Source of the DNA: Planctomycetota bacterium | Lineage (GTDB): Bacteria; Planctomycetota; GCA-002687715; CAIWVZ01 | Assembly: GCA_044222185.1 (NCBI GenBank) | Contig: JBGANV010000003.1 | Span: 704,001-768,000, forward strand | Reading direction: 5' to 3' | Length of the DNA stretch: 64,000 nucleotides | Notes under the pieces: generated by a model | What the model was told of the DNA's origin: nothing | The model's input: only the letters and a program-made list of their open reading frames with translations | Database searches by the model: none | In this document: positions 55,713 through 64,000 of the stretch, one piece after another | How the letters are laid out: every line of letters starts with the position of its first letter | Position numbering within the stretch: the stretch's first letter is position 1 | Made by a program: the position numbers and the translations under genes

Positions 55713-57941
55713 TCACTTCACTCCGACCATCCAACGACGAAGGACGGGGATGACACCGAGAAGAACGACCGCAGCGACGCCCAGCGTGATCGTGATGAAG
55801 GTGAAGAAGTCCAGGGGCTTCATCGCCTCGATCTGCTCGGCGCCGATCCCGGCAAGCTTGTTCGCGAACGCGTTCGTGAGGAACCAGACGCCCATGAGCA
55901 TGGCTGCGAAACGCGCGGGCGCGAGCTTCGTCACCATCGACAGACCGACGGGCGAGATGCACAGTTCGCCGAGGGTTTGCAGGAAGTACGCGGCCGTCAG
56001 CCACATGAAGCTCACCTGTTCGCCGCCGCTCGCCGCCTTGGCTGCGCCGATCATCAGGAAGAAGGCCAGGAACTCGAATCCGAGTCCGAGGAACATCTTG
56101 AACGCCGTCGGCGGTTCCTTCTTGCGCACCGCGAGCCACGTCCAGATGAACGCGAACACCGGGGCGATGACGATGATGCACAGCGGGTTCACCGACTGAT
56201 ACATGCTCGATTCGAACGACGTCCCGAACGCCACGTTGCGGGTCAGCTTCTCGGCGAAGATCGTCATCGACGATCCGGCCTGCTCGAAGGCGCCCCAGAA
56301 CACCATGACGAAGATCCCGATGAGGAAGATCGAGCCGACGCGGCTGACCTCCGCGCCCTTGCATCGCATCATCAGGAACGCGAACAGGCACAGGACGATC
56401 GTGCCGGCGATCGGCCACAGCATCGATCGCACGAACGTCAGCGCCTTCGGCGGGCTCACCGTCGCACGACGCTCGGCGAGCGCCATGCGCTTGAGGATCC
56501 CCGCATAGTCGAAGCGCTCGTCCTTCCCGACGACTCCGATCTTGTCTTCACAGGAACCGCGCGCGTCCTTCGTCGGGTCGTCGGACTCGAACCCTGCGTC
56601 GCGGTCCAGAACCATGCGTCCCTCGATCGTCCGCAGCGCGAACAGCCCTTGGCCCCATCCCCCGGCGGCGATCCGCAGGTCGTCGATCAGCGGTGGCGAC
56701 CAGAATGCGAGGACCTTCGCGCCGGGCGTCAGTCGGGCCTGAACGCCCGTCTGCAGGAGCTCCTTGGTCTTCTCGCCTTCCTTCTTCGTCACGCGAACCG
56801 GCACGCGGATCGTCCGCGTCGCCAGCGACTCGCCGCGATAGGAGTGGGCGACGTCGAATTCGTAGCGAATCGCGTCACGTCCACCGATGACCTCTGGAGT
56901 CGCCGCCTTCACCGTACCCTCGAACACGAGGTCGGAGACGGCGTAGAGGTCCGAGAGATCCGCCCGCTTCTGGACGGGGATCAAGGCCGCGCCGACGCGT
57001 GCGTCCAGCTGTTGAGCCTGTTCCTCCGGGGTCGCAGCGACAGCGGTCTCCTCCTGCTTCGGCTCGAGGGCCTTCATGGCCTTCGTCACCGCGAATCCGA
57101 TGCCGACGATCGCCACGAGGGCGATGATCGCCAGCTCGCGCGCTGTCAGCGGCGCACCCGTCTCCGCCTTGGTGACGTCCGCACGGGGCGGCTTCAGCCC
57201 GATCGAGCCCAGGTACTTCCGTGCGCCCCAGGAGAACACGACGAGCCCGAGCAACATGCCGATCGTCGCGAGGCCGAACCCGAGGTGCCAGAGCGGCTGG
57301 TCGTCCCGCAGCTCGGAGACGCCGAGCACCCACTTCACGATCGGCGCGAAGTTGCCGAGCCAGCCGTCCTTCATCTCGCCCCAGTAGCTCTGGCCCAGCG
57401 CTCCGCATGCCAGCGGCGCGAGGAACGCACCGACGTTGATCCCCATGTAGAAGATCGTGAATCCGGCGTCGCGGCGAGGATCGCCAGGCCGATAGAGCTG
57501 CCCCACCATAGTCGAGATGTTGGGCTTGAAGAACCCGTTGCCGACGATGAGACAGAGGAGCGCGGAGAGCATGAACCACTGGTTCGGGTGGTAGCGATCG
57601 TCGACGGACATGAGCCCGTGGCCGAGCGACATCAGAAGTCCGCCCAGGACGATGGACCGTCGCAGGCCCAGGTAGCGGTCGGCGACGAAGCCGCCCAGTA
57701 GCGGCGTCAGGTAGACGAGTCCCGCGTAGTCGCCATAGATGCCGCCTGCATAGGCACTGCTGTAGAAGATGTGCTGAAGCATGTAGAGCATCAGCAGGGC
57801 GCGCATGCCGTAGTACGAGAACCGTTCCCACAGCTCGGCGAAGAACAGGACGTAGAGCGCGCGCGGGTGACCGAACAGGGTCGGGCCGTCGACGACCGAC
57901 ACATCGATGGCAGCCGCTGGGGACTCGGAGGGGTGACTCAT
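55713..57941 (-). CDS. POT/PTR-family proton-dependent oligopeptide MFS transporter with a large insertion
   Basis: ELWERFSYYGMR, GGFVADRYLG, GFFKPNIS, FYMGINVGA, GELCISPVGLS; ends 7 bp before the pepQ start. Confidence 0.95.
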   Translation of the reverse strand: MSHPSESPAAAIDVSVVDGPTLFGHPRALYVLFFAELWERFSYYGMRALLMLYMLQHIFYSSAYAGGIYGDYAGLVYLTPLLGGFVADRYLGLRRSIVLGGLLMSLGHGLMSVDDRYHPNQWFMLSALLCLIVGNGFFKPNISTMVGQLYRPGDPRRDAGFTIFYMGINVGAFLAPLACGALGQSYWGEMKDGWLGNFAPIVKWVLGVSELRDDQPLWHLGFGLATIGMLLGLVVFSWGARKYLGSIGLKPPRADVTKAETGAPLTARELAIIALVAIVGIGFAVTKAMKALEPKQEETAVAATPEEQAQQLDARVGAALIPVQKRADLSDLYAVSDLVFEGTVKAATPEVIGGRDAIRYEFDVAHSYRGESLATRTIRVPVRVTKKEGEKTKELLQTGVQARLTPGAKVLAFWSPPLIDDLRIAAGGWGQGLFALRTIEGRMVLDRDAGFESDDPTKDARGSCEDKIGVVGKDERFDYAGILKRMALAERRATVSPPKALTFVRSMLWPIAGTIVLCLFAFLMMRCKGAEVSRVGSIFLIGIFVMVFWGAFEQAGSSMTIFAEKLTRNVAFGTSFESSMYQSVNPLCIIVIAPVFAFIWTWLAVRKKEPPTAFKMFLGLGFEFLAFFLMIGAAKAASGGEQVSFMWLTAAYFLQTLGELCISPVGLSMVTKLAPARFAAMLMGVWFLTNAFANKLAGIGAEQIEAMKPLDFFTFITITLGVAAVVLLGVIPVLRRWMVGVK

Positions 57942-58016
57942 GGCGATCTCCACGATCGACCATGCGGTGCGATCGTCCAGAGGGGTGGGGCGGATTCTAC
58001 TCGGCTTGGATGGGGA

Positions 58017-58607
58017 CTATCGGTTCGCGATGGCGAGCACCGCGACGAACTGCTCCGGCGTGACGGGCTGGATCGAAAGGCGGTTGGCCCGGCGGAGAAC
58101 TCCCATCTGGGAGCACACCGGATCGCTCGAAAGGTCGTCGCGCGTGACGACGCGCGGGAACGTGGCGGCATGCTTCACGTCGACCATGAACCACGTGGGT
58201 TCGTCGCGCTGCGAGTCCGGATCGAAGTGCACGTGGCCTTTCTCGAACGCCGTGTGATCCGGGTAGCCCTCACGGACGACGGTCGCGCGCCCGGCGATTC
58301 CCATGGGGTCGGCGTTGCTGTGATAGACGAGCACCTCGTCGCCGAGCTTCACGTCGTCGCGGAGCGTGTTTCGAGCCTGGTAGTTCCGGACGCCGTCCCA
58401 GAACGTCGTCTTGGCGCGGGCGAGGTCGTCGATCGAGAACGCCTCGGGCTCGGTCTTGAACAGCCAATAGCGCTTCTCGCCGGCGGGCCGGGCGACCCGA
58501 TTGGCCGCTGACGGACGCGCGGGTTTCGCTGGCGACTTCGCCGGCACCGTCCGGGGCTTGGGGTTGCGTGGTTTCGACTCGACCGACGGGCCTTTCCGCT
58601 TCTTCAC
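58017..58607 (-). CDS. EVE domain protein
   Basis: YWLFKTEPEAFSIDDL...WDGVRNYQARN...YHSN...RLSIQPV; basic N-terminal extension, start inferred. Confidence 0.92.
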   Translation of the reverse strand: MKKRKGPSVESKPRNPKPRTVPAKSPAKPARPSAANRVARPAGEKRYWLFKTEPEAFSIDDLARAKTTFWDGVRNYQARNTLRDDVKLGDEVLVYHSNADPMGIAGRATVVREGYPDHTAFEKGHVHFDPDSQRDEPTWFMVDVKHAATFPRVVTRDDLSSDPVCSQMGVLRRANRLSIQPVTPEQFVAVLAIANR

Positions 58608-58763
58608 GGGGCGGATGATACACGGAGCGATGTTCGGCGTTTCGGGTGTGCAGTGGCCGTCCCGCGCCACAGTCTGAGTGGACACGTCGAGAATGGCGGA
58701 TTCCGCGCGTTTCGTGGGCCAGTACAATCCGCGCCGGCAGACGCAGGCACTCGGATCCGTCCG

Positions 58764-59384
58764 ATGACAGAGGCGCTCACTTACGAGTTCAGGCCGCTTC
58801 CCTTCTCGCAGCCCGCCCGGGCCCGTCTGGAGGCCGATCGCCTCGTCGTCCAGCGAGGCGAAACGACGGAGCGGATCGGTTTCGACGAGGTGCGCCGGGT
58901 CCACATGTCGCGTCTTGGCACCCGCACGTCATGCCAGGTGTCCACGGAGCGACGTCGGATCGCAGAGATCACGAACGCAGCCTCCAGCGACGTGCGGGAA
59001 TCGTTCGATCAGCGCATCTTCGTCCGCGTCGAGCCGGACGGTTCGATCGGCAGCGTCGACGACCGTCTGGCAGGTTTCGACGCGTTCGTCCGCGATCTGC
59101 ACGCGCGGCTGCGAGCGGCCGGAAGCGAGCCGCGATGCTTCACCGGATCGTCGGGCTCATCGTGGCGCACGGTCGGCGTGGGAGCGCTGATCGCCCTCGG
59201 CGCGGGCGCGCTCGCGGTCGTCGCGACGTGGAACGTCACCGTCGCTGCCGCATGCCTCCCGATCGTTTGCATCGTCGGCTGGGATCTGCCCGAAATCGTC
59301 TCGAGATGGCGACTCGACGGGGCCGCCGGATCGCCCCGTGAATACGATCCCGCGCACGTCGAGGCCGTACTGAGGACCCCATGA
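58764..59384 (+). CDS. Hypothetical membrane protein
   Basis: MTEALTYEFRP...FDAFVRDLHARL...TG plus two TM helices; paralog of the next gene. Confidence 0.7.
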   Translation: MTEALTYEFRPLPFSQPARARLEADRLVVQRGETTERIGFDEVRRVHMSRLGTRTSCQVSTERRRIAEITNAASSDVRESFDQRIFVRVEPDGSIGSVDDRLAGFDAFVRDLHARLRAAGSEPRCFTGSSGSSWRTVGVGALIALGAGALAVVATWNVTVAAACLPIVCIVGWDLPEIVSRWRLDGAAGSPREYDPAHVEAVLRTP

Positions 59385-59772
59385 CCGAACCGCTCACCTA
59401 CGACTTCAAGCCGTTTCCATTGGCTCGACGGGTCCACCTTCGGCTGGAGGAGAATCAGCTCGTCGAGACGATCGGATCCGACACGCGGCATGTTCCCTTC
59501 GATCGGGTGTTCTGGGTGCATACGGGACGTTTCGGCCGGACGCGGGCTTGCGGGCTCGGGACGCGACTCGGCGGTGGCATCAGGTTGCAAGGGCCGATCC
59601 GTGGACCGGGCGACGCGATCCAGGCCGCCGCCTTCGACAGATTCGTCACCGCTTTGCATGCGCGACTCCTCCCCCATGGGGGACACATCCAGTTCACGAC
59701 GGGGGCATCATGCGCGTTCGCCCCATGCTGTTCCTGACGGCGTTCGCGGTGTGTTACACGGCCTTGATCGTC
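59381..59772 (+). pseudogene. Frameshifted, truncated paralog of 58764..59384
   Basis: MTEPLTYDFKP...FDRFVTALHARL...FTTG. The TM segment (MLFLTAFAVCYTALIV) continues in another frame after the G5 run at 59701-59705 and ends at the repeat array. Confidence 0.65.
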
Positions 59773-60290
59773 GAGTTCGACGCGGGGTCCTGGCCGGGTG
59801 GCGAGACCTCCGGGCTCGCCGGATCGGCTACGACATCACGTCGCGCTGATGGCGGCCCGACGGTGGCAACTTCATCGAGCTGCATCGCGGTGCGAGATCG
59901 CGGCAGGGCTGGAGCGCCAGGATCCCCGAGTTCGACGAGGGGTCCTGGCTGGTTGGCGAGACCTCCGGGCTCGCCGGATCGGCTGCGACATCACGTCGCG
60001 CTGACGGCGGCCCGACGGTGGCTACTTCACCGAGCTGCGTCGTGGTGCGAGATCGCGGCAGGGCTGGAGCCCTGCTGATCCGGCCGCGTGAAACGCGGCG
60101 CTCCGGTTCCGAGTTCGACGAGGGGTCCTGGCTGGTTGGCGAGACCTCCGGGCTCGCCGGATCGGCTACGACCTCACGTCGCGCTGATGGCGGCCAGACG
60201 CTGGCAACCTCATTGAGCGGCATCGCGGTGCGGGCTCGCGGCAGGGCTGGAGCCCTGCCGGTCCGGCCGCGTGAAACGCGGCGCTCCGCG
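59773..60290. repeat. Tandem array of three units (155, 183, about 180 bp), REP-like
   Basis: Units start GAGTTCGACG at 59773, 59928 and 60111. Hairpins GCAGGGC-TGGA-GCCCTGC and GCCGCGT-GAA-ACGCGGC-GCTCC. Abuts the hrpB stop. Confidence 0.92.
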
Positions 60291-62828
60291 TCAGCGGCGT
60301 GGTTTCGCGCGCGCGGTCGGCTGGGCGGTCCAGGGATCCTCGGGCCAGCTGTGCTTCGGATAGCGACCGCGAAGGTCCTTGCGAACCTGCTGGTAGGTGG
60401 TGTTCCAGAAGCTCCGCAGGTCCTGCGTCACCTGCACGACCTGCATGTTCGGCGCCAGGAGGTGAAGGATCACGCGCACGCGACCGCGGGCGACGGACGG
60501 CGTTTCGGGCTGACCGAACAACTCCTGAAGCCGGACGGCGAGGACTGGCGCCTTCCCCACCTCGTACTTCAACCCGCGCCGCGAGCCGGACGGCATGTCG
60601 AGGACCTCGGGCGCATCATCATCCAACGCCTTGCGCTGATCGCGCGACAGGCGCCCGAGCAGGACGTCGTGAAGCGGAATCGCGCGCAGTGCCGCCACAC
60701 TCGACTTGCCATCGAGCCACGGCTCGAGCGCGGCGACGATTTCTGCGTCCGTCAAGCCAGGCCAGGAAAGCTCGGGCATCCATTCGGCGAGACACCGCAG
60801 CCGCGTGATGAGGTCTCCAACCGAGCCCGTCAGATCCAGCGCCGCGTGAGGATCCTTCCGCGCCGCGTCGAGCAGCAGCTGCGCGCCGGCGACGGGATCC
60901 GTGGCGATCTCCACGTCGTCGAGCACCAGGTCCTCGTAGCGCGTGCGTCGCCGCGTGACGGCGCGTTGGCGCTCCGCGTCCCACGCGGTCTCCTCGCTCA
61001 CGTTCATCGCCCCGGGGATGCGATCGAGCCAGGCTCGGCGGACCGCGCTCGCCTGACGGACTTGCGCCTTCGCGAACTCGCCCCGTCGTCCCATGTCGCC
61101 GTCGATCACGACGAACAGCTCGTCGTCGCGGACGACGCTCTCGGGCGTGAGCACGAGACCTCGGCCGCCGACCATGACGGCCTCCGCTGACTGCGCCTTG
61201 CGCCGTCGCGCCACGCGGTCGACGTATCCGCTGAAGACGATCGCGAGCAGATCGTCCTCCGAGGCCCCGCCCCGCTCCGACTTCCCGAACACGTCCTCCG
61301 AGACCCGACGAAACTGATCCCGCGCTCGTTCCACCGAACGGACGGCGTTCGAATCCAGGTCACCGTGACGACCGCGGCCGCCCTCGAGCAGGTCACGCCG
61401 CGCCAACACGTCGCTGGGGCCCGTCGGCAGGAGCGACGCCGTGCGCGACAGGTCGGCGGCCCGCCGGAAGACGACGTCCCGCTCCGAGAGCAGCGCCGCA
61501 ATCGACGCCGCGTCGCCCGGCGCACCGCGCCGATGTCCTTCGGCGAGGATCCGCGCCACGCGCGGATGCGCCGGCACGCGCACGAGCGCACGCCCGAGCG
61601 CCGTCGGCGCGAGGGTCGACGGATCGAGGGCCCCGAGGCGCACCAAGAGTCGCTCCGCGCGTTCGAGCGCGGCCGGATCGGGAGCCTCGAACCAACCGAA
61701 TCGCCGCAGGTCCGTCTCGCCCCACGCACGAAGTTCGAGAACGGGGCCAGCCAGATCGATCCGCCGGATCTCGGGCGTGTCGTGGGGAGCCATCTGCGAC
61801 TCCTCGCTCTTCGTCCACATCCGGTAGACGACGCCGGGGCCGAGACGCCCCGCACGGCCGCCGCGTTGCGTCGCCGACGCGCGGCTGATGCGACGCAGCT
61901 CCAGTCGATCCATCCCGTGGTCTTGGTCGTGGGTCAGGATCCGCGCCATGCCCGTGTCGACGACGATTCGCACGCCGGGAACGGTGAGCGACGTCTCGGC
62001 CACGTTCGTCGCGAGGATCACGCGCCGCTCCTTCGAGGGCTGCAGCACGCGGTCCTGGTCCTCCGCGCGCATCTCACCGTGCAGCGGCAGCACCACGAGC
62101 CTCCGCTCGCGTGCCAGATCCGCGAGGCCCTCCGCCGTTCGCGAGATCTCTCCAGCACCCGGCAGAAACACGAGGATGTCGCCCTCCGACTCCGTCACGG
62201 CGCGCCGAACGCCAGCGACCGCACGGATTGGAATGGGCCGATCGTCCGACTGCTCGAGGAGCTTCACCTCCAATGGGAATTGCCGGCCCGGAACCCTCAC
62301 GATCGGCACGCCGCCGAGGTAGGCCGCGACCGGTTCCGCCTCGAGGGTCGCCGACATGACGACCAGCCGCAGGTCCGGCCGCAACCCGGCGCGGACGTCG
62401 CGCACGAGCGCGAGCGCGAGGTCGGCGTGGATGCTGCGTTCGTGGAATTCGTCGAGCACGACCGCATCGACTCCGCGCAGCTCGGGGTCGGACTGAAGGG
62501 CCCGCATGAGGATGCCCTCCGTGACGACGCGGATGCGCGTCGCTGCCGACGTGCGATTCTCGAATCGCACCTGGTAGCCCGCCCAATCACCCACTTCGGA
62601 CCCGTGCTCCTCGGCGATGCGTCGTGCCGCCGCACGCGCGGCCACGCGTCGCGGCTGCAGCACGACGACCTGTCCCTTCGCTGCAAGGCCGCTCTTCACG
62701 AGCGCTGGCGGAATGCGCGTCGTCTTCCCCGCGCCAGGCTCGGCGACGACGACGACGGCACCCGCCGATCGGATCGCCGTCACGATCTCCGGGATGAACG
62801 CGTCGATGGGCAGGGATTCGCTGGGCAT
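60291..62828 (-). CDS. hrpB: ATP-dependent RNA helicase HrpB
   Basis: PGAGKTT, DEFHER, MSAT, TNVAETSLT, QRGGRAGR; C-terminal LQELFG...FW...Y..VRKDLRGRYPKHSWPEDP. Confidence 0.96.
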   Translation of the reverse strand: MPSESLPIDAFIPEIVTAIRSAGAVVVVAEPGAGKTTRIPPALVKSGLAAKGQVVVLQPRRVAARAAARRIAEEHGSEVGDWAGYQVRFENRTSAATRIRVVTEGILMRALQSDPELRGVDAVVLDEFHERSIHADLALALVRDVRAGLRPDLRLVVMSATLEAEPVAAYLGGVPIVRVPGRQFPLEVKLLEQSDDRPIPIRAVAGVRRAVTESEGDILVFLPGAGEISRTAEGLADLARERRLVVLPLHGEMRAEDQDRVLQPSKERRVILATNVAETSLTVPGVRIVVDTGMARILTHDQDHGMDRLELRRISRASATQRGGRAGRLGPGVVYRMWTKSEESQMAPHDTPEIRRIDLAGPVLELRAWGETDLRRFGWFEAPDPAALERAERLLVRLGALDPSTLAPTALGRALVRVPAHPRVARILAEGHRRGAPGDAASIAALLSERDVVFRRAADLSRTASLLPTGPSDVLARRDLLEGGRGRHGDLDSNAVRSVERARDQFRRVSEDVFGKSERGGASEDDLLAIVFSGYVDRVARRRKAQSAEAVMVGGRGLVLTPESVVRDDELFVVIDGDMGRRGEFAKAQVRQASAVRRAWLDRIPGAMNVSEETAWDAERQRAVTRRRTRYEDLVLDDVEIATDPVAGAQLLLDAARKDPHAALDLTGSVGDLITRLRCLAEWMPELSWPGLTDAEIVAALEPWLDGKSSVAALRAIPLHDVLLGRLSRDQRKALDDDAPEVLDMPSGSRRGLKYEVGKAPVLAVRLQELFGQPETPSVARGRVRVILHLLAPNMQVVQVTQDLRSFWNTTYQQVRKDLRGRYPKHSWPEDPWTAQPTARAKPRR

Positions 62829-62835
62829 GCGCGCG

Positions 62836-63570
62836 TCAGGGTGCGAGAAGCCGGCCGACGGGGCCGCCATCCGAAATCAGGAAGCCGGCCAGCGCGGCGT
62901 ACCCGCGATCGTTCAAGTGGTAGCGATCGCTCGAGACGTCGACGGGTAACAGGCCCTCGTCGTCGACGAGTGGCGGACGCCGCGTCGGCACGAACGTGAG
63001 GCCGCAGTCGAGCGCGATCTTGCGCCACGCGATCGTCAGCGTGGCGAGTTGAACGCGGGTCTGCGCACCCAGGTCGCGCTCCGACATCACTTCGAGCAGC
63101 GCGATCGGGACCCCCGGGTAGCGCGCTGCCAGCGCATCGACGACGGCGCGAACGCGGCCAGGGATCTCCGTCACGGTCAGCTCGGGCTCCCACCGCGCGT
63201 CGGCGCTGCCGGCGTACAGGACGATCCCCGCCGGGCGTGCCGCCGGCAAACTGAACGGAATCCGCGCCAGGAGGTCGACCGCGTTCTCGTTCCCCACTCC
63301 GCGATTCACGCAGCGCTTTCCGGGAAACGCCGACTCGAGCGGGAATCTCTCGATCGTCGACGAGCCCACGAACAACACGTAACCGTCGGTGACGCTCGGG
63401 TTCTCGACCTCGAACCGCGCAAGTCGCTTGCGCACGAGTGGATCGACGGTTTTCGCCGAACCGCCGAGGGCGCCCTCTGGCTCCGACGTGCTGCGCCGAA
63501 GCCACGCGTAGACGGCGACGCCGGCCGCGATCAGCACGACGGCGACGAGAAGCCCTCGCCACGCGATCAT
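62836..63570 (-). CDS. SGNH/GDSL hydrolase family protein
   Basis: LFVGSSTIE, NRGVG, LYAGSAD, DRYHLN..GY; N-terminal TM; start inferred. Confidence 0.85.
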   Translation of the reverse strand: MIAWRGLLVAVVLIAAGVAVYAWLRRSTSEPEGALGGSAKTVDPLVRKRLARFEVENPSVTDGYVLFVGSSTIERFPLESAFPGKRCVNRGVGNENAVDLLARIPFSLPAARPAGIVLYAGSADARWEPELTVTEIPGRVRAVVDALAARYPGVPIALLEVMSERDLGAQTRVQLATLTIAWRKIALDCGLTFVPTRRPPLVDDEGLLPVDVSSDRYHLNDRGYAALAGFLISDGGPVGRLLAP

Positions 63571-63630
63571 GCCGAAGCTCGCGGGCCGATCGGCTCCCGA
63601 TACACTCGGCGCTCGACGAAAGTGCACACG

Positions 63631-63972
63631 ATGACCACCCCCAAGACTGCGATCGCCGACCATCTCGGCCGGCGTGACGACAAGTTCCACAAGGCGACGC
63701 TCTTCGAAAGCCCGCGACTGCTGCTCGGCGTGAACTGTCTCGAGCCCGGCCAGGTGCAGGCGGTTCACGATCACGCCGGCCAGGACAAGTTCTACATCGT
63801 GCACGAGGGCACCGGCCGCTTCACCGTCGGTGCAGAGACGTTCGATGCAACCGCCGGGCAGGTCGTCTGGGCACCGGCCGGTGTTCCCCACGGAGTCGCA
63901 AATCTGGGATCGACGCGGCTCTCGCTCGTGGTCGGAATCGCGCCGGGCCCAAAGGCCGAGCGCGGCTCATAG
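63631..63972 (+). CDS. Cupin domain protein
   Basis: LEPGQVQAVHDH...DKFYIVHEG...WAPAGVPHGVAN. Confidence 0.9.
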   Translation: MTTPKTAIADHLGRRDDKFHKATLFESPRLLLGVNCLEPGQVQAVHDHAGQDKFYIVHEGTGRFTVGAETFDATAGQVVWAPAGVPHGVANLGSTRLSLVVGIAPGPKAERGS

Positions 63973-64000
63973 CCCTCGGGCCACGGCGGGACCGCCGGTC

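Noticed and set aside
58017-58607. EVE protein as part of a modification-dependent restriction system
   Set aside because: It is the stand-alone Thy28-like form with no nuclease fusion or neighbouring defence genes.
59773-60290. Second array as CRISPR or an IS element
   Set aside because: No repeat-spacer alternation, transposase, terminal inverted repeats or target duplication visible.

Overview
GC-rich bacterial chromosomal window, most likely from a Planctomycetota lineage (PVC-type heme-binding CxxCH protein, DUF6288-like protein, ECF sigma factor paired with a TPR Ser/Thr kinase, carboxypeptidase-regulatory-like proteins). It holds about 46 real CDSs, one tRNA-Met, a VapBC pair, ada-alkA/ogt, type III glutamine synthetase with a probable sigma-54 promoter, aroF, pepQ, a POT transporter and hrpB. 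No integrase, transposase, phage gene or CRISPR array is visible. Main leads: (1) two diverged copies of a tightly coupled VTC polyphosphate-polymerase / DUF4956 / HlyD-adaptor module, one led by a secreted CotH kinase, which may be a polyP export and surface-phosphorylation machine; (2) at least five, probably eight, unrelated secreted proteins share an unnamed ~115-aa C-terminal domain that looks like a sorting signal; (3) twelve secreted proteins have Gln right after the predicted signal-peptide cleavage site; (4) two ~180-bp tandem arrays 43 kb apart share a covarying REP-like hairpin; (5) a candidate sRNA with an anti-Shine-Dalgarno-like loop lies next to the tRNA; (6) the POT transporter has a ~210-aa inserted soluble domain. 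All domain calls come from reading motifs by eye; no searches were run.
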